Positions 16,776-27,061 of a stretch of 64,000 bases of DNA are shown here, in pieces (position 1 is the first letter of the stretch; each line of letters begins with the position of its first letter). The notes under the pieces were generated by a model. It was not told the DNA's origin and searched no databases. It saw only the letters and a program-made list of their open reading frames with translations. Origin of the DNA: Candidatus Rifleibacteriota bacterium (GTDB taxonomy: Bacteria > Muiribacteriota > Ozemobacteria > Ozemobacterales > Ozemobacteraceae); NCBI GenBank assembly GCA_024710355.1, contig JANJUX010000047.1, forward strand, positions 2,542 through 66,541. Direction: 5' to 3'. Both the position numbers and the translations under genes were made by a program.

Positions 16776-19700
16776 TTATTTGCCTGATGCGGCAGCTTTA
16801 ACCTTGTTGAGATACCATGAAGCACCGGCGTTGAAACCGGTAACAAAGCCTTTGTAACCATCCCATGGCGAGTAGTCACCTTCAGAAGAGAAGCCGGCCA
16901 GGGTCACTTTGCCGCTGAGCAGGTCGATGCTGGCGTCGCCGACTTCAACCTCGACCGAGTCGCCGATCTTGCCAAGATTCTCAGACAGGTCGCCAATGAA
17001 TTTTTCGGTGCTGGCGGCTGCTTCCTGCGCCGATTGTCCTTCGAGAATGAAGGCAGACATGCCCCATACTGCGGTTTCTGTGCCTTTCCAGAAGCCGAGG
17101 GCAATGCCGGCGCCATCAGGAATCAGGGCCTGAATTATGGCCTCGCCGGCAATTGTGCCGCGTTCGCCGGTCTCGAGAACGCTGATGGTTTCATAGGTTT
17201 TCGGGTTGATTTCGAGCCAGGCCCAGAACGGCCGGTCGTTTATCATCGCCGGATTCTGCGGGAAAAGAACCACCGATCTGGTGCTTTTTATGGCTTTGAT
17301 AACCCGTTCGCTGACGCCACGACTTTCTGCGAACTTCAGCCAGGCATTTTTCTGTTTACCGCTGTCGGCAATAATCTGCAGGCGGTTTCTGCCCCAGAAC
17401 TGAAAAACGCCTTTTCCCTGCATGACTCTTGCTTCGAGATCGCTGACAAAAATCCCGGCGGCTATGCGAAAGGCTGCGGCGGCCTCAGCTTCGGCTTTGA
17501 CTTCAGGCTGTACCGCAACCAGATCGAGCCTGGCTTCAAATGCACCTTTATCATCGGCGGCACCGGTTAGAAGCATCAGGCGTGGCTGTTTTTCTCGACT
17601 CAGGCTGATGCCGGTATTTTCGCAAAGCTGTTTTTCAAAAGTAGTCTGAGCGCTGATGAATGCTGCCAGGCGCGCATGCGCATACCACTGCCACAGCGAC
17701 AGGTGGTCGGGGGTTTTCTCGACCCGGGCTGCCTGCCATCTCTTCTGCAGATCTTCGGTCTGTTCTGTCGAGATATCGGGCAGAGCGAGTGCGACACTGT
17801 GAATGCGGTTCTGCAAAGAGTTGTCGGGCAGATCACGCTCGATAATGGGCCATTTGATGCCTTTGCCGGTGAGAGTGATTCTTTCTTTGACCGGTTTCCA
17901 GGTTTTCAGATCGATACTTTCACGGCATTCAGAAGAACCCCAGATGCCGATCAGGCTCGTCTTGAGAAGTTTTTCACCGTCTTTGCCGGTTTCTTCGGCG
18001 TAGATTATCTCGAATGGACTTTTACCAATGCTTTCAGAAGGCAGGTTATAACCGATTACCTTGAAAGAGCGCGTTTTACTGCTGCCGCCGCTGAGCGCCG
18101 AAGCAGCAGCACCAGTCTGGGCTGCGGCTACTTCTGTGGCCGGTTCTGCATCGATTGAAACTTCGATTCTGAACTGATTTTCGACCGGACCGGCCCAGGG
18201 TGCGATAACCGGCGGGCTCAACCTGAAAGCTGCTTCAACCATATTGCCGTCGGCGTCGGTAGTTTTATCTGCCGCCTCGGCAATGGCTGCGGCATTTTGT
18301 CGGCGTTTTTCGTTCGCGAGTTGTTTAAGACGCTCAGCGAGCTTCTTTTCAAAATCGGCTGCCAGAACCGGAACCACTTCGTCATTTTCGGCAAGTAGCC
18401 AGGCAGGCAGGTTATTCGGTTCTGCCGTGGCCGGGGTCACGGCAAATGGCATTCCGTCAGCGGCCAGCAGATAATCACCCTTTGTCGGCATTCTGAAAAC
18501 TGCGACGAATCTCAGCTCTTTGCCATCGGGCACAATCGCGTTTTCGTTGGCGGCAAAGATCATCTGGCGACATACGGAATCAGGGTAAATTCTTGTCTGG
18601 TTGCCGTCCGCCTCGCTTTTACCGGCAAAATTGCCCATACCCTTGTGACCGGCCTGGTTGTCAGCGGTTTTTACCATGCGTTCGCCGGGCTTGAGGGCGA
18701 AACCCTGTTCTTTCAGATCGGCCCGGCCGAGAAACAGCAACTTGTCGATGCGGGTAGCACTGCCGTCGGGCAGATCGGCAACGGTGGCGTCGACGACCAG
18801 CCAGTCGCCCTTGCGGTTGTTGAATACCGCCATGCGACCCTGGGCATTGATTACCAGCTTCATGCCATTGCCTTCGGCAGACCAGCTGCGCTCTGCCGGC
18901 TTGTCGATAAAATTTTCGGCCGGGTTCAGGGCGATGCAGACATCGTCGTTTTTCATGTCGATGCAGAGACTGCCTGAAGCGGTTGCTGCCAGCCCGGCCG
19001 GCAGCAGATATGCCTGGGTGAAGTAATTGTTCGAGCCGGGCGCGAGTTTGACCCGGTCATAAAACCCGAAGGGCAGCAGGCCGGTCACTGCTGACAGCGG
19101 CCGACGCACCGGCCCGGCTGTTGTCGGTATGGCAAGATGCATGCGGGCTTTCGGGTCGATATCCAGCAGAGCCTGCACCTGCGATTCGATTTCGCCGTCG
19201 ATAACGCGCCAGAGCAGATGCTTGCCAGCGGTCGCTCCGGCCAGAGGCGAAGCGACATCGGCAAGGCTCTTAACAGTCATGCTGAAAGCAGAACCGAGCT
19301 TGCCCTGCGGTGCTTCTGGCAACCCCGCAGCTTTAAGATCAGCCGGTTCCATTTTGCCGGCAATTGTCAGCGAAACATGCCCGTAACTGCGGTCGAAGAA
19401 GTCGACGGCACCGTTGCTGAGCCCCTGATCGTCTGAAACGATAAAGACAACCTGTCCGCGTACCGGTTTGCCAGGGTTTACCGTAACCGATCTGCTGCCA
19501 AAAGGTGTGAGTGAATCGTCGAGCAGCCAGCTGGCCGGCGAAAATGGCACCGCCGGGTCGTTGTTCCAGCGCAGATAGAAATGCCGCGTCAGGTCACCGA
19601 TTTGATATGGCGGCAACGCTTTGATGATTTTTACCTTGTCGTTGCTGCGATTCACCCACTGCGCCGGGTGGTTGCCGCCGTCGGGGTAAACTGCGACATC

Positions 19701-22148
19701 CTGCTCGGGCAGAATATTGCCCAGCTCTATGTCGAATGCAGCAAACAGCTTCTTTGCCGGCGCCTGAACGCCATTTAGGCTGTCGTACAGAGCCATTTTT
19801 CGAATGTGAAATGAGCAGGCGCTGTTCTGACCTTTAAGGTCCAGATCGATCGCCATTCTGGCGTTGCCTTCTGCCTGGTTACCGGTAGTGTCGGCCATTT
19901 TAGCACCGGCGGCAGAAGGTTTTGTTGCCTGTTGATTTTCGTTTGCCTGGCTGTCGGTTGACACATCCGCAACCGTCAGCGCAGAGTCTGTAGAATTGTC
20001 GCAGGTTATCTGCAGAGTGTCCACGACTTCTTTTGTTTCTGAAGCGAGCTGTTTCAGCGGCGGCAGCTTGAAAATGCCGTTGCCTGAAACAGTTACCGGC
20101 GAGTTGGCTTCCTGCGGCATGTTCCAGACAAGTTCGAATGGAACCGTGCTTTCGTCGGCTGGCTCGGCAACTCTGGCGAGCAGTTTGTCGATAGTCTGTT
20201 GCATGGCAGCGAAGTTGCCAGCGATAATTGCTTCTCCACCAGCTTTTGCCGCAGTTTGATGAAATGCGCCATTTTCATTTTCTTTGACCATACCGATCCA
20301 CATCGAGAAAATGCCCTCGTCTTTCATGCGTGCCAGCAGCCGGTTGAACATTTCTTCGTCTTTTTTGCTGTTGGTTTTAACGGCCTCATCGGTCAGAAAC
20401 AGCATGTAACGACGATTGGATGGCACCGCGAGCAGACCCTGCATGGCGACCGAAACTGCTTTGAGAACGTCGGTGCCGCCGCCGTCGTTAAAAGCGGCGA
20501 TGCCGGCGTGATTTCTCGCCCGATTGGCGGTAGCGGTCTGAGTTATGCAGGTATTGGCATCGAAATCGAGAATTTGCACCAGAGCATTTTCTGGCAATCT
20601 TTTGAGCATACTATGCAGCGCATTTCTGGCAACATCGCGTCGACTGCCGGGAACGCCGCTTTCAAGACCGCTGGCCATCGAGCCGCTGGTGTCGACGCAG
20701 ATGCTGATTACCGGTCGAATGCCGAAACCTGGCTTCTGCGGCCGGCGATAGGTGAGAAGATATTCGCGGGCGACGGTGGCTTCGAGTCTGGCGAAAACCT
20801 CATTGATATTGCTCTCGTCAGCTGTCTGAAACAGCCCGCCCGAAAGATCGGCCAGGCGCGCCAGGGTTTCGCGGTCGGCGCCTTCGCCAAAACCGATGGT
20901 AAAAACCGGAATGCGTGCCTTTGCGAGCGCCTCGAATACCTCTTTTTCGCCGGCCTTGCTTCCGGGTGCCGTATCGTTGTGATTTGCGTCGAAACCGTCG
21001 GTGAAAACGACAAGTGCCGGTCGGGGCGAGGCCTTTAACTGTGAAAGACCTAGCAGAATGCTGTCTCTGAGTGCTGTCGCTCCATCGGCCTTGATGGCTT
21101 TGATCGATTTGATAAGTTCGTTACGGTTTGCTGCCTTAACCGGCTTTGCTTTGGTATCGAAGTCGATCACTTCGACTCTGGCTTCGTCTGGCAGAGCTTC
21201 GACAAATTTAACCGTAGCGTCGATAGCCGCTTTCATTGATTTTTTCATCGAGCCTGAGCTGTCGAGCAGCATAACCAGATGCAGCGGTGTTTCTGACTGC
21301 TTTATATCGATAATTTCAGCCGGGAGTGAGCGCTCGAAGCACTGCAGCTGATCGATGGCGGGTGTGTGGCTGGTTAGACCGGCCGGAACCGCAAACCGGC
21401 ACAGAGCATTTTCTGAATCTGCTTCAGAAGTCACCGCGCGAATTTCCAGACGCCTGGCAGAAGTGGCAGTCTGACTTTCAAGGCTTATTTCCGGGCTGGC
21501 AGCCCATCGCACTGTCGTTTTTCTGCCACTGCTTACCGGAATCAGCCTGGCATAACCCGTGCCGTTGCCGCTGCGCTGCAATACCCAGTAGCCCGCCGGC
21601 AGTTTGAAGAAAATATCGCCATTCGGGCTGGCAATGCCTTTATTCATGCCTTTTTTGAAGTCTGGGTGTTTGACTGAAAACATGTCAGACTCGACCGACA
21701 CGGTCGCACCGCCGGTGCCGGTTACGACCAGTTCCCCCAATTGCTCACCGGCCGTAAACTGGTCAAGCGGCGCATGTTGTTCGGTTAAAATTGTGCATGA
21801 GGCGGCCTTGCCTGAAATCTGGACTTCGTAGTCGCCTGGCATCTGGCACAGCCTGTCGATTGTCTGTTCGAGGCCGTTTTTGCCGTCAAGGTTGGCAGAG
21901 AGTTTTGTTTCGTAGACCGCTTTGCCATGTTGCTGCTTTGCTGTAATCCTGAGGCTGAGGCGGTCAGCAGCTTCGCTGAACTTTATCTGCAGCGTCGTGA
22001 ATTGTTTGCCGTCGTGTTTGAGAGTCGCGGTTACCGGTTTTTTATCGGCCGTCCCCTGCCAGAGAAGGCTGTTTTCGCCAGCCTGAAGAGAATTTACGGT
22101 TAAAACCGCAATGAAAGTCATAATGAGATAGCGCAATGATTTGAGCAT
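16776..22148 (-). CDS. Large secreted protein with two von Willebrand A domains (1790 aa)
   Basis: Signal peptide MLKSLRYLIMTFIAVLTVNSLQA; MIDAS motifs LLDSSGSM and CVDTSGSM; VFTDGFD; Gly/aromatic-rich hydrophobic C-terminus. Confidence 0.85.
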   Translation of the reverse strand: MLKSLRYLIMTFIAVLTVNSLQAGENSLLWQGTADKKPVTATLKHDGKQFTTLQIKFSEAADRLSLRITAKQQHGKAVYETKLSANLDGKNGLEQTIDRLCQMPGDYEVQISGKAASCTILTEQHAPLDQFTAGEQLGELVVTGTGGATVSVESDMFSVKHPDFKKGMNKGIASPNGDIFFKLPAGYWVLQRSGNGTGYARLIPVSSGRKTTVRWAASPEISLESQTATSARRLEIRAVTSEADSENALCRFAVPAGLTSHTPAIDQLQCFERSLPAEIIDIKQSETPLHLVMLLDSSGSMKKSMKAAIDATVKFVEALPDEARVEVIDFDTKAKPVKAANRNELIKSIKAIKADGATALRDSILLGLSQLKASPRPALVVFTDGFDANHNDTAPGSKAGEKEVFEALAKARIPVFTIGFGEGADRETLARLADLSGGLFQTADESNINEVFARLEATVAREYLLTYRRPQKPGFGIRPVISICVDTSGSMASGLESGVPGSRRDVARNALHSMLKRLPENALVQILDFDANTCITQTATANRARNHAGIAAFNDGGGTDVLKAVSVAMQGLLAVPSNRRYMLFLTDEAVKTNSKKDEEMFNRLLARMKDEGIFSMWIGMVKENENGAFHQTAAKAGGEAIIAGNFAAMQQTIDKLLARVAEPADESTVPFELVWNMPQEANSPVTVSGNGIFKLPPLKQLASETKEVVDTLQITCDNSTDSALTVADVSTDSQANENQQATKPSAAGAKMADTTGNQAEGNARMAIDLDLKGQNSACSFHIRKMALYDSLNGVQAPAKKLFAAFDIELGNILPEQDVAVYPDGGNHPAQWVNRSNDKVKIIKALPPYQIGDLTRHFYLRWNNDPAVPFSPASWLLDDSLTPFGSRSVTVNPGKPVRGQVVFIVSDDQGLSNGAVDFFDRSYGHVSLTIAGKMEPADLKAAGLPEAPQGKLGSAFSMTVKSLADVASPLAGATAGKHLLWRVIDGEIESQVQALLDIDPKARMHLAIPTTAGPVRRPLSAVTGLLPFGFYDRVKLAPGSNNYFTQAYLLPAGLAATASGSLCIDMKNDDVCIALNPAENFIDKPAERSWSAEGNGMKLVINAQGRMAVFNNRKGDWLVVDATVADLPDGSATRIDKLLFLGRADLKEQGFALKPGERMVKTADNQAGHKGMGNFAGKSEADGNQTRIYPDSVCRQMIFAANENAIVPDGKELRFVAVFRMPTKGDYLLAADGMPFAVTPATAEPNNLPAWLLAENDEVVPVLAADFEKKLAERLKQLANEKRRQNAAAIAEAADKTTDADGNMVEAAFRLSPPVIAPWAGPVENQFRIEVSIDAEPATEVAAAQTGAAASALSGGSSKTRSFKVIGYNLPSESIGKSPFEIIYAEETGKDGEKLLKTSLIGIWGSSECRESIDLKTWKPVKERITLTGKGIKWPIIERDLPDNSLQNRIHSVALALPDISTEQTEDLQKRWQAARVEKTPDHLSLWQWYAHARLAAFISAQTTFEKQLCENTGISLSREKQPRLMLLTGAADDKGAFEARLDLVAVQPEVKAEAEAAAAFRIAAGIFVSDLEARVMQGKGVFQFWGRNRLQIIADSGKQKNAWLKFAESRGVSERVIKAIKSTRSVVLFPQNPAMINDRPFWAWLEINPKTYETISVLETGERGTIAGEAIIQALIPDGAGIALGFWKGTETAVWGMSAFILEGQSAQEAAASTEKFIGDLSENLGKIGDSVEVEVGDASIDLLSGKVTLAGFSSEGDYSPWDGYKGFVTGFNAGASWYLNKVKAAASGK

Positions 22149-22331
22149 GGGTTCGCCTCTTGTCCTCTTGATTTTTTCAGGGCGATAGTACCATGCAGCC
22201 ACAGAACCTGCAATAACATCGAACATCTGCATTGCAAACGCACTAAATCTTTCTTTATTGAAGATTTCCTGTTACCCTTGGCGCTGCACCATTGAAAGCC
22301 ATTCTTTTTAATTGCCGCACCGGAGAAAATA

Positions 22332-23915
22332 ATGATCAGCACTGAAAACCTGGGCCTCAGTTTTGGCAGCAACAAGCTTTTTGCAGGGGTAAACATCAAG
22401 TTTCTCCCCGGGAACTGCTACGGATTGATTGGCGCCAACGGCTCAGGCAAATCAACATTCTTGAAAATACTTTCCGGCGAAATCACCAATTTTTCCGGAA
22501 ATGTGAACATAACCCCCGGTGAGCGCATCGCCACTCTCAAACAGAACCACTTTGCCTATGAAGACACCCAGGTTCTGCAGGTCGTTCTCATGGGCTACCC
22601 TGAGCTGTATGCCGTGATGCAGGAAAAAGAAAAGCTTTATGAGAAAGCTGATTTTTCTGAAGCTGACGGTGTACGTGCGAGCGAACTCGAAAGCCTGTGT
22701 GCCGAAATGAACGGCTGGGAAGCGGAATCGAACGCTGCCGTTCTGCTGGCCGGCCTGGGCATCAAAACCGAGCTTCATAACCTGATGATGCGCGAACTGA
22801 CTGGCTCAGAAAAGGTTAAGGTCCTGCTGGCACAGGCTTTGTTCGGTGATCCTGATATTCTGCTTCTCGATGAACCGACAAACCACCTCGATGCCGCCGC
22901 AATCCGCTGGGTCGAAAACTTTCTGGTCAATTGCGATAAAACGGTCATCGTTGTTTCGCACGACCGCCACTTTCTCAACCACGTTTGCTCTCACATGGCT
23001 GATATCGATTACGGCAATATCACTCTTTATACCGGCAACTATGACTTCTGGAGCGAATCGAGTCAGCTGGCACTGAAGCTGCAGCAGGATCAGAACAAGA
23101 AACTGGCCGAAAAGGCCGAAGAGCTGAAAGCCTTTATTGCCAGGTTCAGCGCCAACAAATCAAAATCATCGCAGGCAACTTCGCGGCGCAAGCAGCTTGA
23201 GAAGCTGAATCTTGAAGACATCAAGCCCTCTTCGCGCCGCTACCCCTTCATTGCCTTCAAACCTGAACGAGAAGCCGGCGACCAGCTTCTGCGCGTTCAG
23301 GGGCTGACAAAAACCATCGATGGCAACAGGGTTCTCAACAACGTGACTTTCACGGTTCATAAAAATGACCGGGTCGTCTTTGTCGGCAGCAATGAACTGG
23401 CTGCCACTACCCTTTTCAAGATACTGGCCGGTGAAATGGAACCGGACGCGGGGTCGTTCAACTGGGGCGTTACCACTTCCCAGTCGTATTTTCCCAAAGA
23501 CAACTCGGCTTTCTTCAGTGACAGCACCCTGAACCTGGTTGAGTGGCTGCGGCAGTATTCCAAAGATAAAAACGACAGCTTTGTTCGTGGCTTTCTTGGC
23601 CGTATGCTTTTTTCCGGCGAAGAAGGCCTGAAAATGACGAACGTCCTGTCAGGCGGGGAAAGGGTGCGCTGTATGCTCGCCAGAATGATGCTGAGCAGCG
23701 CCAACGTGCTGCTGCTCGACGGTCCGACCAATCACCTCGATCTCGAATCGATTACAGCGCTGAATAATGGACTGATGAAGTTTACCGGTACCATTTTATT
23801 TACTTCGCAGGATCTGCAGTTCAACGAAACTATTGCTACCAGAGTCATTGAATTGACCCCGACCGGCCTGATCGACTACGGCATCAGCTACGAGGAATAT
23901 TTAAAAAACCTGTAG
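22332..23915 (+). CDS. ABC-F family ATPase (YbiT/YkpA-like)
   Basis: Two NBDs, no TM segments; GANGSGKST, LLDEPTNHLD; second NBD degenerate (GSNELAATT, LLDGPTNHLD). Confidence 0.9.
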   Translation: MISTENLGLSFGSNKLFAGVNIKFLPGNCYGLIGANGSGKSTFLKILSGEITNFSGNVNITPGERIATLKQNHFAYEDTQVLQVVLMGYPELYAVMQEKEKLYEKADFSEADGVRASELESLCAEMNGWEAESNAAVLLAGLGIKTELHNLMMRELTGSEKVKVLLAQALFGDPDILLLDEPTNHLDAAAIRWVENFLVNCDKTVIVVSHDRHFLNHVCSHMADIDYGNITLYTGNYDFWSESSQLALKLQQDQNKKLAEKAEELKAFIARFSANKSKSSQATSRRKQLEKLNLEDIKPSSRRYPFIAFKPEREAGDQLLRVQGLTKTIDGNRVLNNVTFTVHKNDRVVFVGSNELAATTLFKILAGEMEPDAGSFNWGVTTSQSYFPKDNSAFFSDSTLNLVEWLRQYSKDKNDSFVRGFLGRMLFSGEEGLKMTNVLSGGERVRCMLARMMLSSANVLLLDGPTNHLDLESITALNNGLMKFTGTILFTSQDLQFNETIATRVIELTPTGLIDYGISYEEYLKNL

Positions 23916-23917
23916 AT

Positions 23918-25369
23918 TCAGTAAACGGTCGAGGCGGTATCGCCGCCGCGGCCGGTCCAGTTGGTATGGAAAAACTGCCCGCGCGGCCGATCGAGCCGTT
24001 CGTAGGTATGAGCGCCGAAGTAGTCGCGCTGGGCCTGCAGCAGATTGGCCGGCAGGCGTCCGCAGCGGTAGGCATCGTAGTAATTCAGTGCGGTGCTGAG
24101 AGCTGGTACCGGTATGCCACAGTCGATGGCAAGCTTGACGGTCTCGCGCCAGCTGGTCTGGGCCCTGGTGACGACTTCGCTGAAATATGGCGCCAGCAGC
24201 AGATTGGCCAGGTTCGGATCAGCTTTGAAGGCTGTATTGATGTGCCCAAGAAAACGGGCCCTGATAATGCAGCCGCCGCGCCAGAGCAGCGCGATCTGAC
24301 CGTAGTCGAGCTGCCAGTTGAATTCGTTGGCTGCGGCCCGCAGCAACTGAAAGCCCTGGGCATACGAACAGATTTTGGCAGCGTAGACGGCAGTCTGCAG
24401 ATGCTGCAGCATTGCCTGCCGGTCACCGCTGAAACGGAATTGTGGCCCCTGCAGGCGGTTGGCCGCCGCAAGACGCTCTTCTTTGATTGCAGAAAGGCTG
24501 CGGGCAAAAACCGCTTCGGCAATCTGCGGAATTGCGACACCAAGATCGAGGCCGGCCTGTGATGTCCATTTGCCGGTGCCTTTCTGGCCGGCGGTGTCGA
24601 GAATGACGTCGACTAAGGGTTTGCCGGTTTCTTCGTCGTTTCTGGCAAGAATTTCGGCAGTGATTTCGATCAGATAAGAATCGAGCTCGCCTTTGTTCCA
24701 GGCAGCGAAAACGCCGCTCATTTCGGCGGGTGTCATGCCGAGTGCCTGCGACATGATGTGGTAAGCTTCGCAGATCAGCTGCATGTCGCCGTATTCGATG
24801 CCATTGTGAACCATTTTGACGAAATGCCCTGAGCCGTCGGGGCCAACCCATTCGCAGCATGGTATGTTATTGTCGACCTTTGCGGCAATCGCCTGAAAAA
24901 TCGGTTTGATGGCTGACCAGGCCCGGGTGTCGCCGCCAGGCATTATCGATGGGCCGGTCAGGGCGCCTTCTTCACCGCCAGAAACACCGGCGCCGACGAA
25001 CAGCATGCCGGCCTCTTCGGCTTCGCGGCTGCGGCGCATGCTGTCGGGGTAATGACTGTTGCCGCCATCGATGAGAATGTCGCCCGGTTCGAGCAGCGGC
25101 ATCAGGGCTTGCATCAGGTCGTCAACCGGTTGGCCGGCCCGCACCATCATCATGATGCGGCGCGGTTTCTTCAGGCAGACCACCATCTCTTCGAGGCTGT
25201 GGCAGCCGATAAAATTGCGCCCTTTGCCGCGGCCGTTCATAAAGCGGTCGACCTTGTCGGTCGTGCGGTTGTAGCAGGCGACGGTAAAGCCGCGACTTTC
25301 CATGTTCAGCATCAGGTTTTCGCCCATGACGGCCATGCCGATCAGGCCAATGTCTGCGAGTCTGGTCAT
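23918..25369 (-). CDS. gnd: NADP-dependent 6-phosphogluconate dehydrogenase, decarboxylating
   Basis: GLIGMAVMGENL, DGGNS, GVSGGEEGA, KMVHNGIEYGDMQ, QKGTGKWT, QAQRDYFGAHTY. Confidence 0.97.
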   Translation of the reverse strand: MTRLADIGLIGMAVMGENLMLNMESRGFTVACYNRTTDKVDRFMNGRGKGRNFIGCHSLEEMVVCLKKPRRIMMMVRAGQPVDDLMQALMPLLEPGDILIDGGNSHYPDSMRRSREAEEAGMLFVGAGVSGGEEGALTGPSIMPGGDTRAWSAIKPIFQAIAAKVDNNIPCCEWVGPDGSGHFVKMVHNGIEYGDMQLICEAYHIMSQALGMTPAEMSGVFAAWNKGELDSYLIEITAEILARNDEETGKPLVDVILDTAGQKGTGKWTSQAGLDLGVAIPQIAEAVFARSLSAIKEERLAAANRLQGPQFRFSGDRQAMLQHLQTAVYAAKICSYAQGFQLLRAAANEFNWQLDYGQIALLWRGGCIIRARFLGHINTAFKADPNLANLLLAPYFSEVVTRAQTSWRETVKLAIDCGIPVPALSTALNYYDAYRCGRLPANLLQAQRDYFGAHTYERLDRPRGQFFHTNWTGRGGDTASTVY

Positions 25370-26598
25370 TTTTTCACCCCGGTGACAAATATCTGGTAAT
25401 CCTTCTGCAGTTTCGCGTGGTAGCTGATAATCAGAGGTATGAGAGCATCAGCTGATTTTTCGAGCCAGGCCTTCATTTCGCCGCCTTTGCCCGATGCGGC
25501 ATGAAAATCGGCGGTTATATAGCCGAGAACCTCTGCTAGATCGCCGATCTGCGCCAGGCTCAGCGCCTGCGAATTTTCGAGCGTTTCGTCCCAGGCAAAG
25601 ACCTGCTTTACGAGAAAGGCTTTGCCCGCGTGTTCCATAGTGCCGAGAAACGGGTCGGTAATGTGATGGGCCCGCTTCATGGCGGCAATGGTCGTCTGCC
25701 GCTGCGTGGCAATGTCTGTGGCTGCGACACTGCTGGTGCGCATGACTTTGAATTCGAGCAGAATGTCATCCTGCCAGTCGGCGGTCGGGCCCTGCAGCAG
25801 GGCGTAATAACGTTTCAGGCCGATGCTGGCGAGGCCTTTGTCATAGCGCTGGGCGATGTCTAGGATTGCGGCCGCTTCTTTTTGAACGCCGCTGAGGCTG
25901 CCGAGATAAGAGCTGAGGCTCAAGCTTGCTGATGCCGCTTCAGCATCCTCTACCGGGTCAAAGCGATCGAAATTCAGCAGGTTCGGGCTGCTTTTGGTGC
26001 TGCGTTTGCCGATGAACTTTTTGTATTTAACATCGATACTGTCATCGATGAAATCCTGCATGAATTCCGGGAACGGCGTCGCCGGCCAGTCAGTAGCCCT
26101 GTTGTTTGCGGCTCTGGCCAGGTAGCCGGCAAAAAGCTTCTGCAGCACGGTCTGCTGTTCTGCTGGTGTCAGTTTATCTGAATAACCGGTCAGCACGCTG
26201 ACGCCGAGTCTGAAGATGTCGAAGGCGAGCGGGGCGCCGTCAAAGGCTTCGTCAAGGTCGTCAATGACGTAATCAGGTTTTTTGCCCTCGGCGTTGAGCA
26301 CCGAAAAATTATGCATGTGCAGGTCACCGGCGATCATACCTGCTGGCGAGGTTTTAATGAGTGCCAGTTCAGGGTTCGTCTGCAGGTCGTTGTTCATGAT
26401 ATGCGCGGTGCCGCGCAGAAACGAAAACAGATCTTCAGCCATCGCTTCGAGCTTGTTCTGATACAACTGCGGCACTGAACTCGCCACGTCGGCGTTAAAT
26501 GCATGAATCTGCTGCAGCAGATCGGGCGTCTGCCCGGCGAATGTTGTAACAGCTAAGAAAAACTGCAGAAGCAGTGCTATAAACAGTCTGGTAGTCAT
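25366..26598 (-). CDS. DUF2252-family (kinase-like) protein with signal peptide
   Basis: FSFLRGTA, GDLHMHNF, DDLDEA, GLASIGLKRYYALL, LLEFK; MTTRLFIALLLQFFLAVTTFA signal; stop overlaps the gnd start. Confidence 0.75.
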   Translation of the reverse strand: MTTRLFIALLLQFFLAVTTFAGQTPDLLQQIHAFNADVASSVPQLYQNKLEAMAEDLFSFLRGTAHIMNNDLQTNPELALIKTSPAGMIAGDLHMHNFSVLNAEGKKPDYVIDDLDEAFDGAPLAFDIFRLGVSVLTGYSDKLTPAEQQTVLQKLFAGYLARAANNRATDWPATPFPEFMQDFIDDSIDVKYKKFIGKRSTKSSPNLLNFDRFDPVEDAEAASASLSLSSYLGSLSGVQKEAAAILDIAQRYDKGLASIGLKRYYALLQGPTADWQDDILLEFKVMRTSSVAATDIATQRQTTIAAMKRAHHITDPFLGTMEHAGKAFLVKQVFAWDETLENSQALSLAQIGDLAEVLGYITADFHAASGKGGEMKAWLEKSADALIPLIISYHAKLQKDYQIFVTGVKK

Positions 26599-26829
26599 TT
26601 TTCCCTCACAGAAATTCAGCTTTTCACCGTCCATTATAGCCTAAACTCATCCTGTTTTCGACAACCCTTTTGCCGCTTCATTGACGGTGGGCGGTAATGG
26701 ATGTTTGCCGGTCAAAGCGCCCGGTCCGGTGGGTTTTTAAGATTTTGACGGTTCGGGTTTTAATTTCTGTTTTTAAGCGCGAAAAAATGGCCGCTGGGGT
26801 TTCCAAGCGGCCATTTGTATGAGTTTTTC

Positions 26830-26955
26830 TTATTCTTCCAGTTTTGCTCCGTAGACTTTGTCAGGTTTTCTGAGGCCTTCCCCGGTAAATCTGAGTATGG
26901 TTGCTCTGTCTACCAGCCGGTCAACAGTCGCTGCTGCCGCCGCTTCATGAAGAAA
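26830..26955 (-). mobile_element. IS21-family istB 3' remnant
   Basis: Minus strand FLHEAAAAATVDRLVDRATILRFTGEGLRKP...stop resembles the IstB C-terminal A..DRL....I..F.G.S.R motif; in-frame stop upstream at 26992-26994; followed by a hairpin at about 26785-26816. Confidence 0.55.
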
Positions 26956-27061
26956 AGAAAGTTTTCCATCTGCTGAATCCGGTATTTGAAGTCAGTATAA
27001 TTGAGCCAGTAAACATAGAGAACAGGTGTTTGTTTTTTCTTTCCATAATTGGTCAAATCTA

